DNA of 45,860 nucleotides from Candidatus Hermodarchaeota archaeon (GTDB taxonomy: Archaea > Asgardarchaeota > Lokiarchaeia > Sigyniarchaeales > SOKP01): the NCBI GenBank assembly GCA_048885535.1, contig JBHLLO010000003.1:40030-85889 (forward strand), written 5' to 3'. The translations under genes were made by a program, and so were the position numbers. Of the stretch, positions 8,963-18,896 are shown piece by piece; the stretch's first letter is position 1; every line of letters begins with the position of its first letter. The notes under the pieces were generated by a model. That model had not been told where the DNA came from and made no database searches. It saw nothing but the letters and a program-made list of their open reading frames with translations.

Positions 8963-9217
8963 ATGTCGGTAGAGCCAAAACACGCAAGGATTCAAGTATA
9001 TTTCGATTGCATCTGTGGAATTATATGTTCCAGTCTATCCATATCAGGGTTAATTATCACCACCATTTTAAGACGTATTTTTAACCCCTATTTGTATGCA
9101 TTAAGCCTTACTTTTTGGATAATATGGTTAGTTTTCTCGATATTTTTGATTGTTCTGGGAATGCATACAAAAAGGAAAGAAGAAGAAGCTTTGAAAAGGG
9201 TTTTCGGCAAGAGTTAG
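8963..9217 (+). CDS. Small membrane protein (2 predicted TM helices)
   Basis: Two hydrophobic stretches and a basic C-terminus. Confidence 0.6.
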   Translation: MSVEPKHARIQVYFDCICGIICSSLSISGLIITTILRRIFNPYLYALSLTFWIIWLVFSIFLIVLGMHTKRKEEEALKRVFGKS

Positions 9218-9470
9218 ATATGAAAGCAAGAAATTTTACTTATAAATGAGTAGATAATATTTTATATCTACAAAAAGGATATATTATTTACGTTTAATTG
9301 AAACACTTTTTTTTATGATTTATCAACCATATCCATACTTTGGAACTTTAAGAGATAAAGGTAATATATTTTATCTAATCCAACGTTTTCTCTTATAATT
9401 ATGTATGGAAATAAAACTTTTATATATGAGTTGATTAAAGATATTATAAAAACTATTTTCAAGTTTTATT

Positions 9471-10280
9471 ATGGCAGAATTAAAAGAGAAAGAAATAGTA
9501 GAAGTTAAGGATTCAACAGCACATTGTACTTATTGTGGAAATGAAATTGAGGATATAACTCAAGTCTATTGTGAGTCTTGTGGGCAAGAGTTAGCCAAAT
9601 ATGTTTCTTCTGATATAGAAAGAGAAGCTAAGATGTCAAGAAGTTCTAGTGCTATTTTACAAATTACTGGCGCGGCTTTATTTGGAGCGCTTTCAATTGT
9701 TTTATCAGCATTTTTGGCACCAATAATTCCAAGAGTTCCAGGTTGGGGCATCGCTTATTTTGACCCCGTTTCAATTGTCTGGGTTATGTGTTTCTTCATA
9801 TTTGGTACAAAAGCAGGTTTATTATGTTGCGGTATAGGAACATTAGGTCTAATGCCCTTTGATCCCTTTGCTCCAATTGGTCCTTTGATGAAACTTTTTG
9901 CAACACTTTCTTTAATAATTATTCCAATCATCTTATTAAGGTTATATAAAGTTGAAGAAGGAAGAAAAAATAGTCAGAAGATCAAGAACCCATTAAACTT
10001 TGTAATAACAGGCATTTTAGGAATTTTTCTAAGAATAGTTGTAATGTTGTTCTTTAATGTATTACTCTTTTTAACACTGTTTTCGGATTATTTTGCTTAT
10101 GTAAATTTAGATTTTTTACGTACAACCTCATACCTTTTAGGTACGAGTGATGTAACAGGATGGTCGGCAGTTATTATTGTTGTTGTCTTAATAAACACTG
10201 AGACAAGTTTATGGGATTTACTGATCCCTTATGCTCTTACCTTTGGGTTAAGATTAGATGAGAAATTTGATATTTGGTAA
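9471..10280 (+). CDS. ECF transporter S-component-like membrane protein with N-terminal zinc ribbon
   Basis: CTYC...CESC, then I.GAALFGALSIVL...YFDPVSI...FFIFG..AG, a typical ECF S-component start; about 5-6 TM segments. Confidence 0.7.
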   Translation: MAELKEKEIVEVKDSTAHCTYCGNEIEDITQVYCESCGQELAKYVSSDIEREAKMSRSSSAILQITGAALFGALSIVLSAFLAPIIPRVPGWGIAYFDPVSIVWVMCFFIFGTKAGLLCCGIGTLGLMPFDPFAPIGPLMKLFATLSLIIIPIILLRLYKVEEGRKNSQKIKNPLNFVITGILGIFLRIVVMLFFNVLLFLTLFSDYFAYVNLDFLRTTSYLLGTSDVTGWSAVIIVVVLINTETSLWDLLIPYALTFGLRLDEKFDIW

Positions 10281-10393
10281 TCTTATTCTTTTTTTTCTTT
10301 TTAAATTAACTTTTTATAATCCTTATGGTTATTGTTAAAATAAGCTTTAGAATAATTAATTTAGAACTTTAAGGATTTAGAGAGAGGATTAAA

Positions 10394-11191
10394 ATTTTTG
10401 AGAAAGAATATAAATTCATATTATATAATGAAGAAGATGGAGTTGCTACAATTACTTTAAATCGTCCAGATTATTTAAATGCTTTAAATTATCCGTTATT
10501 AATGGAAATTATTGAAGTATTAGAATTAAAGAAAAAAGATAAATCAATTCGAGTTATAGTAATAGAAGGTTCTGAACACGCGTTTAGCTCTGGTGATGAT
10601 TTGAAAGGCATGGGACCGGACGGAGTTCGTTTTAAGCCTTTAGAGGATGGGTCTAGAATGCCTCATCATAGAGTTTTAAGACTCATTCGAGAGATTGAAA
10701 AGCCTGTTATTGCCTTAATTCAAGGATATTGTATAGGAGCGGGATTTGAATTAACTCTTGCCTGCGATTTTCGGTTAGCAGCGAATAATTTAAAAATTGG
10801 AGATTATCGTGCTTCAAAGGGGATTTGTGTGATGAGTGGAGCAAGTTGGTTTCTACCAAGAATAGTCGGATTTAGTCGTGCGACAGATATAATTTTAACT
10901 GGCAGACTTCTTGATGCCCAAGAGGCCTTAGAGATTAATTTAGTGAATCAAGTTTATCCTGTTTCACAATTTAAAATAAAAGCATCAGAATTTATAAAAA
11001 AAATGGCAGAAATGCCCACAATTTGTCTTGGTTATAATAAAAGCATGTTAAATTTTTCACAAAATAACGAACTATTTCCTTCATTACAATATGAGTTTAG
11101 GTTATATTTAAAAAATATTAGGACACATGATTTTGGAGAAGGAATGAAATCTTTTCTTAAAAAACGAGAACCTAAATTTAAAGGAAAATAA
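10394..11191 (+). CDS. Enoyl-CoA hydratase/isomerase (crotonase) family; true start lies upstream of the ORF-track ATG 10502
   Basis: The in-frame sequence upstream of 10502 encodes the conserved GVATITLNRPD.LNALN. Also FSSGDDL, KPVIALIQGYCIGAGFE and C-terminal EGMKSFLKKREPKFKGK. The start at ATT 10394 is inferred. Confidence 0.85.
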   Translation: MFEKEYKFILYNEEDGVATITLNRPDYLNALNYPLLMEIIEVLELKKKDKSIRVIVIEGSEHAFSSGDDLKGMGPDGVRFKPLEDGSRMPHHRVLRLIREIEKPVIALIQGYCIGAGFELTLACDFRLAANNLKIGDYRASKGICVMSGASWFLPRIVGFSRATDIILTGRLLDAQEALEINLVNQVYPVSQFKIKASEFIKKMAEMPTICLGYNKSMLNFSQNNELFPSLQYEFRLYLKNIRTHDFGEGMKSFLKKREPKFKGK

Positions 11192-11228
11192 AAAATTAAT
11201 AACTAAAGAAAACTGAAAATTATTTAAA

Positions 11229-12488
11229 ATGTCGATAACAGAAGAAATTAGGGATTTTTTATTAAAAGAAGCATTAGAAAGATTTTTAAAATATGTTAAA
11301 GTTTGGACTACATCGGATGTGAATTCCACTTCTTTTCCATCAACTAAAAATCAATTTGAGTTAGGAAAAATCCTAGTAGAAGAATTAAAGCAACTTGGGT
11401 TAAAAAATGTCACTCTTGATGATCTCGGATTTGTATATGCTAGTCTAAATCCAAGTGAAGGATTTGAAAAAACACCTGCAATTGGTCTATTAGCACATTT
11501 AGATACATCTTCTGCTGTCAGTGGTAAGGATGTAAAACCTGTTATTCATAGAAATTATGATGGAGGAGATATAAAGTTCTCGAAAAACAAAGACTTAAGT
11601 TTAACTACTAATGATTCAGTAAATTTAACAAACTATATTGGACTTGATATAGTTACATCTGAAGGTGACACCCTGTTAGGTGCTGATGATAAAGCAGGTA
11701 TTGCTGAAATTATGGCTGCTTGTGCTGCCTGGAAGAAATACCCTCAATTAAAGCATGGAACTATCGTTGTATGTTTCTCACCAGATGAGGAGACTGGAAA
11801 ACAGGCAATTCTTAGAGCTGATAAAAAGAAACTACCTAAGATATGTTATACGATTGATGGAGGTGAAATGGGTCAATTAGAGTTTGAGTGTTTTGATGCA
11901 TGGTTAGCGATTATTAATTTTAAAGGGTTGAGTGTTCACACAGGAGACGCTAAAGATAAAATGATTAATGCTATACATATAGCCTGTAGATTTCTTACAG
12001 AATTGCCAGAATTCGAATCACCAGAACACACTGAAGGAAGAGAAGGCTTCTTTCATATTACTCAGTTAGCAGGAAATTCTGAGGAAGCTTCAGTAAGAAT
12101 ATTGATAAGAGATTTTGAATTAGAAGGAAATGAAAGGCGAATGAATTACTTAAAAACATTAAATGATTTGTTTGAAAATCGTTATCCAGGTCTAAAAATA
12201 GATTTACATTTCAAACATCAGTATGAAAACATGCTTAGATATGTGGAAAAAGAACAAAAAGTAATTAATTTAGCTAAGAAGGCAATTGAATTAGCGGGAT
12301 TAGAAGTAAAAATTAATTCCATTAGAGGAGGCACTGATGGAGCTTCGCTTAGTGCGAACGGCATTCCAACACCAAATATCTTCACTGGAGGGGAATTATT
12401 TCATTCTAGAAAAGAATTTATACCTACATTAGCACTACAAAAAGCTATTGAGACTATAATTCACTTAGCTGAATTATGGACAAAATAA
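11229..12488 (+). CDS. pepT: Peptidase T (M20 tripeptide aminopeptidase)
   Basis: ERFLKYVK..T.SD, AHLDT, TLLGADDKAGIAEI, PDEE, PEHTEGREGFFH, IRGGTDG, HSRKE. Confidence 0.95.
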   Translation: MSITEEIRDFLLKEALERFLKYVKVWTTSDVNSTSFPSTKNQFELGKILVEELKQLGLKNVTLDDLGFVYASLNPSEGFEKTPAIGLLAHLDTSSAVSGKDVKPVIHRNYDGGDIKFSKNKDLSLTTNDSVNLTNYIGLDIVTSEGDTLLGADDKAGIAEIMAACAAWKKYPQLKHGTIVVCFSPDEETGKQAILRADKKKLPKICYTIDGGEMGQLEFECFDAWLAIINFKGLSVHTGDAKDKMINAIHIACRFLTELPEFESPEHTEGREGFFHITQLAGNSEEASVRILIRDFELEGNERRMNYLKTLNDLFENRYPGLKIDLHFKHQYENMLRYVEKEQKVINLAKKAIELAGLEVKINSIRGGTDGASLSANGIPTPNIFTGGELFHSRKEFIPTLALQKAIETIIHLAELWTK

Positions 12489-12509
12489 AAGAAAAGTAAA
12501 AAACAACTC

Positions 12510-13712
12510 TTATTTTCTAATAATTTTTGTGAAGTCTGTTATTCCAAATATAATAATACAAATAAATAATACATATGAGATGTATATAAACGCCCATGTA
12601 ATCGAGTAGTCATAAATTAATCCAAAAAGAAATGATTCTGCCAAAGATATAAATCCTACTGAGAGATAATAATATCCATAAGCACGTCCACGTTTTCTTT
12701 TTCCAGTTAAATCAGCGATATATGCCCTTGAAATGGGATCTACTGATGCCATATAAAATCCATACATGATGAAAATAACAACAATAAGTAGAACGGACCA
12801 TAATGATATTTCAATAGGAAATGCTAAAATAATACAACATAAAAATAAAATAGATAATCCTAAAATAATAACTGGTTTACGGCCAATTTTATCTGATAAG
12901 GTTCCAGTTAGAGGTGAAAACAACGCATAAATAAGATTACTCACTAAATATAAAATTGGTACAAAAAGTTCTAAAGGAATAAAATTTAAGGCTCTTATTT
13001 GAAGGAAAGCTATATTTAAACTTGCAAATTCAATAACTCCTAAAATAACTATCAATTTAATAAAATTTCTATCTATTTTTCTGTCATCTTTAATATGTTC
13101 TTCCTTAAAATCTATAGTTTTATCCATTTCATTTGGATCCACATCTTTTACAGTAAAAATTAAAGCAATTGCTAAAATCCCTGGTATAATGGAAAAAAAT
13201 ATGATCTGTGAATAAGTCCAAGCTAAAAATAAAAAGAGAAACGCTAAAAGTGAACCTATTGTTGCTCCTAAAGTATCCATAGCTCTATGTAATCCAAAAG
13301 TTTTTCCTTTTTCAGTTGCATAATAAGATATTAATGCATCTCTCGCGGACGTTCTTAATCCTTTTCCGAAACGATCGATTGCTTTTAAACCAAGAACATA
13401 TTCCCAGGATGGGCTAAATGCTATGAATGGTTTTGATAGATTAGATAAGGCATAACCACCAACTACAAAAGGTTTTCTTCTATTAACCTTATCGCTTAAC
13501 CAACCAGTTAGTCCTTTTAAAATATTCGAAATAGCTCCTGTGACTCCTGAAATTAAACCAAGAACTAACGCATTTCCCCCGATATATATTATAAATACAG
13601 GTAATATACTTTGAATCATTTCACTGGAAATATCTGTAAAAAGAGATACTAATCCCATAATAAATACTTGAATTGAAATCCCGAAAATAAGCCTCTGTTT
13701 TTGATTTGACAT
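12510..13712 (-). CDS. MFS transporter
   Basis: About 12 TM segments; SLFTDISSEMI, GWLSDKVNRRK, DRFGKGLRTSARDALI, G.LSDKIGRK. Confidence 0.92.
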   Translation of the reverse strand: MSNQKQRLIFGISIQVFIMGLVSLFTDISSEMIQSILPVFIIYIGGNALVLGLISGVTGAISNILKGLTGWLSDKVNRRKPFVVGGYALSNLSKPFIAFSPSWEYVLGLKAIDRFGKGLRTSARDALISYYATEKGKTFGLHRAMDTLGATIGSLLAFLFLFLAWTYSQIIFFSIIPGILAIALIFTVKDVDPNEMDKTIDFKEEHIKDDRKIDRNFIKLIVILGVIEFASLNIAFLQIRALNFIPLELFVPILYLVSNLIYALFSPLTGTLSDKIGRKPVIILGLSILFLCCIILAFPIEISLWSVLLIVVIFIMYGFYMASVDPISRAYIADLTGKRKRGRAYGYYYLSVGFISLAESFLFGLIYDYSITWAFIYISYVLFICIIIFGITDFTKIIRK

Positions 13713-13771
13713 ATCTTTTGTATCCAGAAACTAAAAAATATTTTTTATGAGAATAAATATATTAAACTTAA

Positions 13772-14485
13772 TTGAAAAAAAAAATTTGTGATCCAATGTC
13801 AGAAAAAAATACATTAGAGGTAATTGAGGGAACGCTTAAATCAGTTGAAGATAATTTTAAGCAATTTATTGATGTGTTAGAAACTGCAAAAAATGAACTA
13901 ATCATTTTAGAGAAAGACAAAACTAAGTTAAGTCAAGACAAAGATTTATTAGAGAGTGAAAAAAGCCAGCTCGAAGACGCGACAAAAATGTTAGAAGCCG
14001 AAAAACAAGCTCTTAAACAAGAAAAAGGAATGTTAGAAGCAGAAAAGAAAAAGTTAGAGTTAGAGAAGGAAGAAAAGGAACAAAAGATTGGAGAATTAAC
14101 AGGTGAACAATTACGATTATTAGATGAATATAAAAATCTAAAGATAGAATTAAAGAAATTCATGAAGATCGCTCAGGATCAAGAAGAATCTGAGTATAAC
14201 TTCGAAAGAATTAAAGCGTTATTGTCAATCACTATGCTTTTAATACAAGAAATATGGCAGGGCCAACCACATTACCGAATATTATTAACTCTCCACGGTG
14301 ATAAAGAGGAAATGACACGCGATGAAATAAAAAATACTACAGGGATTTCTGGGGCAATGGTCCTAAGAGCAGTTCATGAATTAGTGAATATTGATGTATT
14401 AGAATATAATGAAGAAAAATCTCTTGTTAAATTAAAAAGACGCCTTTTTCCAAGAAAAGCTTTAGAAAAAAAGGCAGAAAAATAG
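13772..14485 (+). CDS. Coiled-coil protein with C-terminal winged-helix-like domain (likely start ATG 13796)
   Basis: Long heptad run (LEKDKTK LSQDKDL LESEKSQ LEDATKM LEAEKQA...) followed by RILLTLHG...MTRDEIKNTTGISGAMVLRAVHELVNIDVLEY. Confidence 0.75.
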   Translation: MKKKICDPMSEKNTLEVIEGTLKSVEDNFKQFIDVLETAKNELIILEKDKTKLSQDKDLLESEKSQLEDATKMLEAEKQALKQEKGMLEAEKKKLELEKEEKEQKIGELTGEQLRLLDEYKNLKIELKKFMKIAQDQEESEYNFERIKALLSITMLLIQEIWQGQPHYRILLTLHGDKEEMTRDEIKNTTGISGAMVLRAVHELVNIDVLEYNEEKSLVKLKRRLFPRKALEKKAEK

Positions 14486-14496
14486 AAGGAAAATGT

Positions 14497-15552
14497 TTAT
14501 TTCACTATCACCATTTCGTGTAAAGTATTCCCTATTTCCTTAAAGACTGTATCTTCATAAAGATATTCAATAATATATTTTGAATTTAACCTGAAGTATC
14601 CTGGTTTAATTCTTAATAAAGTTTTCGCCAGAAATCTAACAACTGGACTTAATTCAAACAATAAGTTATCCGCATCAATAATTTTCTGAACTTCCAAAGA
14701 AATTTTTTGTTGTTCTGACAGTTTAAACATTAAGAACTTTGGATATTTATTACCTGCTTGTTCATTATATTGAAAGGTCTTTTCTATTAATTCAAATTCA
14801 CCTGTACTTAGAAGAATTTGTTCACCTTTTGCAACCATCAATATGCTTATTGGATAGTTATCCATTCGTTTGTTACATTTAATGTAGGCATAAATTATTG
14901 TGAAATTTTCTGAATAAATTCGTCCCCAATACCAATATTGTACGACTCGAACCAAATTAAAGGTCAACCAATTATGATCGTGGTAACCAATACCTTTTAC
15001 AGCAATTTCTTCATTATTAAGTTTAATTTTCCCCTCTACTTCTGCTCTTGGGATTGCAACAGACCACCCAAATTGCCCTAATGTGCCAAACTCAGTAAAT
15101 CCCTCTCCAGGCATCCAGCCTCTTAATTTTGGCTTATAAATTAAGTGTATACCGAGATCATCCTCATCTAAAAAGATTTCATAAATAGGTAACTCCTGAC
15201 TTAAATAATCAACTTTAATATAATTATTTCCAATTCTTACATTTGCATTTTCTTTTGAAGCTTTAAGATCTGAGCGTCGATAGTTAAAGATTTTCTGTAT
15301 TTTTTCGCCATTTGGTTTATAAATTGTGATCTCTACTCCAGTTTTACCTGTACGTTCGTGTTTAGCTCGAAAAAAACCTACAGCCATATATCCGTTATCT
15401 AGACGTGCATCAAAATACCACCATTCAAAAGTTCCTTTCTTATTCATATCAATATGAAGCCCATCATTTTCTGGTTTAAATTCCCGAATATAACCATCTT
15501 TTTTTCCAGGACCCAACCAAACTTCTTTAATCTTACTTGTCATAGAACTCAT
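14497..15552 (-). CDS. CrtC/AttH/lipocalin-like double beta-barrel protein (carotenoid hydratase / tocopherol cyclase-like fold)
   Basis: FEWWYFDA.LDNG, GIGYHDHNW and WYWGR motifs. Confidence 0.75.
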   Translation of the reverse strand: MSSMTSKIKEVWLGPGKKDGYIREFKPENDGLHIDMNKKGTFEWWYFDARLDNGYMAVGFFRAKHERTGKTGVEITIYKPNGEKIQKIFNYRRSDLKASKENANVRIGNNYIKVDYLSQELPIYEIFLDEDDLGIHLIYKPKLRGWMPGEGFTEFGTLGQFGWSVAIPRAEVEGKIKLNNEEIAVKGIGYHDHNWLTFNLVRVVQYWYWGRIYSENFTIIYAYIKCNKRMDNYPISILMVAKGEQILLSTGEFELIEKTFQYNEQAGNKYPKFLMFKLSEQQKISLEVQKIIDADNLLFELSPVVRFLAKTLLRIKPGYFRLNSKYIIEYLYEDTVFKEIGNTLHEMVIVK

Positions 15553-15608
15553 TAAAATTTATTTTAATGGAAAAAATATTTTAAGCTAAAATAAACTTTT
15601 GATTATGA

Positions 15609-16001
15609 TTATTCCGTCAAAATTTTGATTAGTTTTAGCATATTAAGAAGCTTAAAAATGCCCTTGACCTTTACCTTTCCTGAAATTATTTTTAGTATGA
15701 GTTTTAATATTGATAATCTTTTCATTGCAAGACTTAGAAAGAGCTGAGTGTCCATTGAAATATAACCATCCCATCCTAGTGCTTTTCTCTTTAAATTTGA
15801 TATTGGTTTATTTAGAATACTTTCAACCTCCAATCTACCCTTATCTATTATTAGTAAGGCAGCATATTTCAAATTGGTAGCATTTATAAGGATTTTTTGA
15901 TTAGTATCTTTAAATTGTTCTTTAAATTTAGGATTGTCATTTAATGGCATCACTATATTAGCTAAAAGTCCAGCAAAACCTCTTTGTTCTTTTATTGTCA
16001 T
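15609..16001 (-). CDS. SCP2 (sterol carrier protein 2)-like lipid-binding protein
   Basis: L.IDKG.LEV...DGYISMD...F..L...SGKVKVKG pattern. Confidence 0.75.
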   Translation of the reverse strand: MTIKEQRGFAGLLANIVMPLNDNPKFKEQFKDTNQKILINATNLKYAALLIIDKGRLEVESILNKPISNLKRKALGWDGYISMDTQLFLSLAMKRLSILKLILKIISGKVKVKGIFKLLNMLKLIKILTE

Positions 16002-16004
16002 TAT

Positions 16005-17573
16005 CTACTCACTCTTTTTTCCTGAAATATAGAATCCAGAATCGGAAATACCATTCGGATCAAATTTTTTTTTGATTTGTCGTAACCATTTGTTATAATT
16101 CATCATATGGGGCCCCCATTCATCATGTAATTTGTCACCTTCAATAAAGAATGGAACCCCCAAATGCTTAAGTAAATCAATTTGATTGCTTGCTTCCATA
16201 CATTCCGCCATTCCTTTAACACTTTCCAAATTGGTTTGATCATAAAGGGTGGGTACTTCCATATGAAAATAGTGACCCGATTCATATGATGTCATCCATG
16301 CTCCCTCTCCAAAATCATTTACTATCACTCTCTTTTTAATAAATTTTCGTTTTAAGGAAATATTTTTTTTTTCTGTACGAAGACAGAGTGCAGCAGCATC
16401 ACATTGACCTTTTGCTGATTGAAAACCTCCTGTAACAATGAATCCATGATATCCAAGATTGGCGCGTAGACATTCAGCATAAAATATAGAAGGAGGAACG
16501 TATTTGGTTCCAATAATATTCCTTAAATCTAATTCTTTCATTAAAAAATCCATAACTTTTTGTTTATAGTTAAACTCCCGTTTGGTTCGGGCTGCTATAA
16601 CGATTAATAATGGTCTTTTCATACCTCCAAGAGCAATTTTATCCATTAGGCTTTCTAACGTGTAAGAGAATATTGCCATGATCGCAAAGTTTGACATATG
16701 ACTGCATATAAAAGCAATTTCTTCCTGTTCAATCCTTAAATAAACCTTTTCTAAGTTTTTAAAATCTTTACAATCAATAACATAAGCTCTAATAAATTCT
16801 GGTATTTCAAAATCATACATTGGAGCATGCCCTTTTGCTATAAACTTCGTACTGCACGGATATGGGAACAGTTTTATAGCTACTTTAGTAAATACTCCAA
16901 GACCAGATTTTGTTCCTAACCATCCTCTCATAATTCCTCTTAAACTAGGACCTGGGCCATCTCCTGAAAACCAATCAGGATTGTTTTTTAATCCATTTGA
17001 CCCCAATCTCAGAATTTCTCCAGTTGGTAAAACCCATTCAGTACCTAAAACATTCCTTGCACTATGTCCAGTTTGAGGAGAGGTGAATCCTGGACCCGCC
17101 ATTGAGGTATGGCTGGCAAGAGGTGAAGTCATAGGACCAGCACCAGGCATATGAAGATTTAAACCAAATTTAACCACTTCCGCTTGCAGTTGAGACCCAC
17201 TCACATATGGTTCAACTACGGCATAAAGATTCTTTATATCGATTTTTACAATTTTGTTCATTCTTCGTAAATCTAGTATTACTGAATTATCAGTAGAAGG
17301 TTGATTCCATGGTCCAAGACCAGTACTTTGGGCTTTGAATTGTATTCTATATTTATTGCAAAGTTGAACAATTTGTTGAACCTCTTGGGTAGTAGATGGT
17401 AATATTACTGCTTTGGGTATAGGAGAGAAAGGAATAGGTTCTCTCCCTTCCATATAATTTATATATTCTATACACCAATTGAAAGCATAAACATTAGTCA
17501 TTACTTCGCTATCATCAACATTTTCTGCACCGACTACACTCTGAAACTCTTTTCGAATTTCTGGTTCTAGCAT
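16005..17573 (-). CDS. FAD-linked oxidoreductase (GlcD/VAO-PCMH family)
   Basis: VILPSTTQEVQQIVQLCN, LDLRRMNKI, VVEP.V, EWVLPTGEILR.G, G.LGVFTK, IKKKFDPNGI. Confidence 0.9.
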   Translation of the reverse strand: MLEPEIRKEFQSVVGAENVDDSEVMTNVYAFNWCIEYINYMEGREPIPFSPIPKAVILPSTTQEVQQIVQLCNKYRIQFKAQSTGLGPWNQPSTDNSVILDLRRMNKIVKIDIKNLYAVVEPYVSGSQLQAEVVKFGLNLHMPGAGPMTSPLASHTSMAGPGFTSPQTGHSARNVLGTEWVLPTGEILRLGSNGLKNNPDWFSGDGPGPSLRGIMRGWLGTKSGLGVFTKVAIKLFPYPCSTKFIAKGHAPMYDFEIPEFIRAYVIDCKDFKNLEKVYLRIEQEEIAFICSHMSNFAIMAIFSYTLESLMDKIALGGMKRPLLIVIAARTKREFNYKQKVMDFLMKELDLRNIIGTKYVPPSIFYAECLRANLGYHGFIVTGGFQSAKGQCDAAALCLRTEKKNISLKRKFIKKRVIVNDFGEGAWMTSYESGHYFHMEVPTLYDQTNLESVKGMAECMEASNQIDLLKHLGVPFFIEGDKLHDEWGPHMMNYNKWLRQIKKKFDPNGISDSGFYISGKKSE

Positions 17574-17576
17574 CCT

Positions 17577-18896
17577 TTATATCTCCTTAATTTTTAATTG
17601 GTTTAATTTTTCAGCATCCATGTCCATTGCCATTAGAATTAATTCACTTATATCAAGGTATTTTAATTTAGAACTATAATTTTGAATTGCATCTTGAAAA
17701 TTTGTTGAACAAAATGGGCATGTCGATATTAAAATATCCGCACCTGAATCTTCAGCTTCCTCAATCCTCATTTTTGCTGTTTTGATAGCCATATCAGGAA
17801 AAGCTGATTTTACACCTGCTCCAGCCCCGCAACAATAAGCATACTCTTGAATTCGCTCCATTTCAACAAATTCTAACCCTGGGATTTTGTAGAGAATCTT
17901 TCTTGGGGCATCATAAACACCCATTGCACCCATCCTTTTAGGTTTAGGAGGAATATTTATAGAAACCAATGGCATTAATTGAATTTGATCTCCATCCCAA
18001 ACCTTGAATCTTTCAGCGTTTCTACCTAGATGACAAGGATCATGATAGGTTACTTTAAGAGGAACATTTACTGTTAGTTTTAATTGTCCAGATTCAATCA
18101 ATTCATTAAATAATTCAGTTGTATGCAAAACCTTGAAACTATAGTTTCTACGTAATGAATAATCTACTTTAAAGGTATCATAACACCCAGCGCAGCTGAA
18201 AACTATTGTATCTATTCCTTTAGATTCAATGAGATCTAGATTTTTATTTAAAATATCCTCGAACGTAGTAAGATCTCCAACACGTAATACAGGACTTCCA
18301 CAGCAAAACTCATCATTTTGTAAAATATTAAAACCTACTCCAGCTTTATTCATAATACGAGCTGCTGCTATTGCCATCTCCTTTCTCCTATAAGATGAAG
18401 TACATCCAACAAAGTAGAGGATTTTTGCATTAGGATCGAGTCTAATATCATTAGGTAACCAATCCATTCTGTATTCATGAGGCTCGTTATATGGGTTGTT
18501 GACTTTTTTCACAGCTTGAATATAGTCTTGTTGTTTTGGCATAGGACCACATCCGTCTTTCACTAACTTTTCTCTTAATTTCATTATTATCTCCAATGGC
18601 TCTAAAGTATTCATATATTTACAAGTAATGTCACAGCTTCCACATTCCGTACATTTATATACTATATCGCGTAATTCTTCTGTAGGTTTAATACGCCCCA
18701 TCTCATAAGCAAGAGCAAGAATAATCTTTCCTCCTCCACTATAGGGGTGAAAATTGTATATATCAATCGCAGGACACCCTGAAGCATACTTTTGACTTTT
18801 TATTTGCACTTGAGGTATCCATTTACATACCGAGCAACGCACACAACGTTTAATCATCCGTTGATATTCTTGTTCACTAAAATGTTCAATTGTCAA
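17577..18896 (-). CDS. Fe-S oxidoreductase, HdrD/GlcF-like (4Fe-4S dicluster plus two CCG domains)
   Basis: CVRCSVC, CTECGSCDITC, YFVGC, CCG, CAGC, YHDPCHLGR, CCGAG, CPFC. Confidence 0.92.
   Translation of the reverse strand: MTIEHFSEQEYQRMIKRCVRCSVCKWIPQVQIKSQKYASGCPAIDIYNFHPYSGGGKIILALAYEMGRIKPTEELRDIVYKCTECGSCDITCKYMNTLEPLEIIMKLREKLVKDGCGPMPKQQDYIQAVKKVNNPYNEPHEYRMDWLPNDIRLDPNAKILYFVGCTSSYRRKEMAIAAARIMNKAGVGFNILQNDEFCCGSPVLRVGDLTTFEDILNKNLDLIESKGIDTIVFSCAGCYDTFKVDYSLRRNYSFKVLHTTELFNELIESGQLKLTVNVPLKVTYHDPCHLGRNAERFKVWDGDQIQLMPLVSINIPPKPKRMGAMGVYDAPRKILYKIPGLEFVEMERIQEYAYCCGAGAGVKSAFPDMAIKTAKMRIEEAEDSGADILISTCPFCSTNFQDAIQNYSSKLKYLDISELILMAMDMDAEKLNQLKIKEI

Noticed and set aside
9218-9470. 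Riboswitch upstream of the ECF S-component
   Set aside because: AT-rich with no recognisable aptamer, and a TATA-like box lies close to the start codon.
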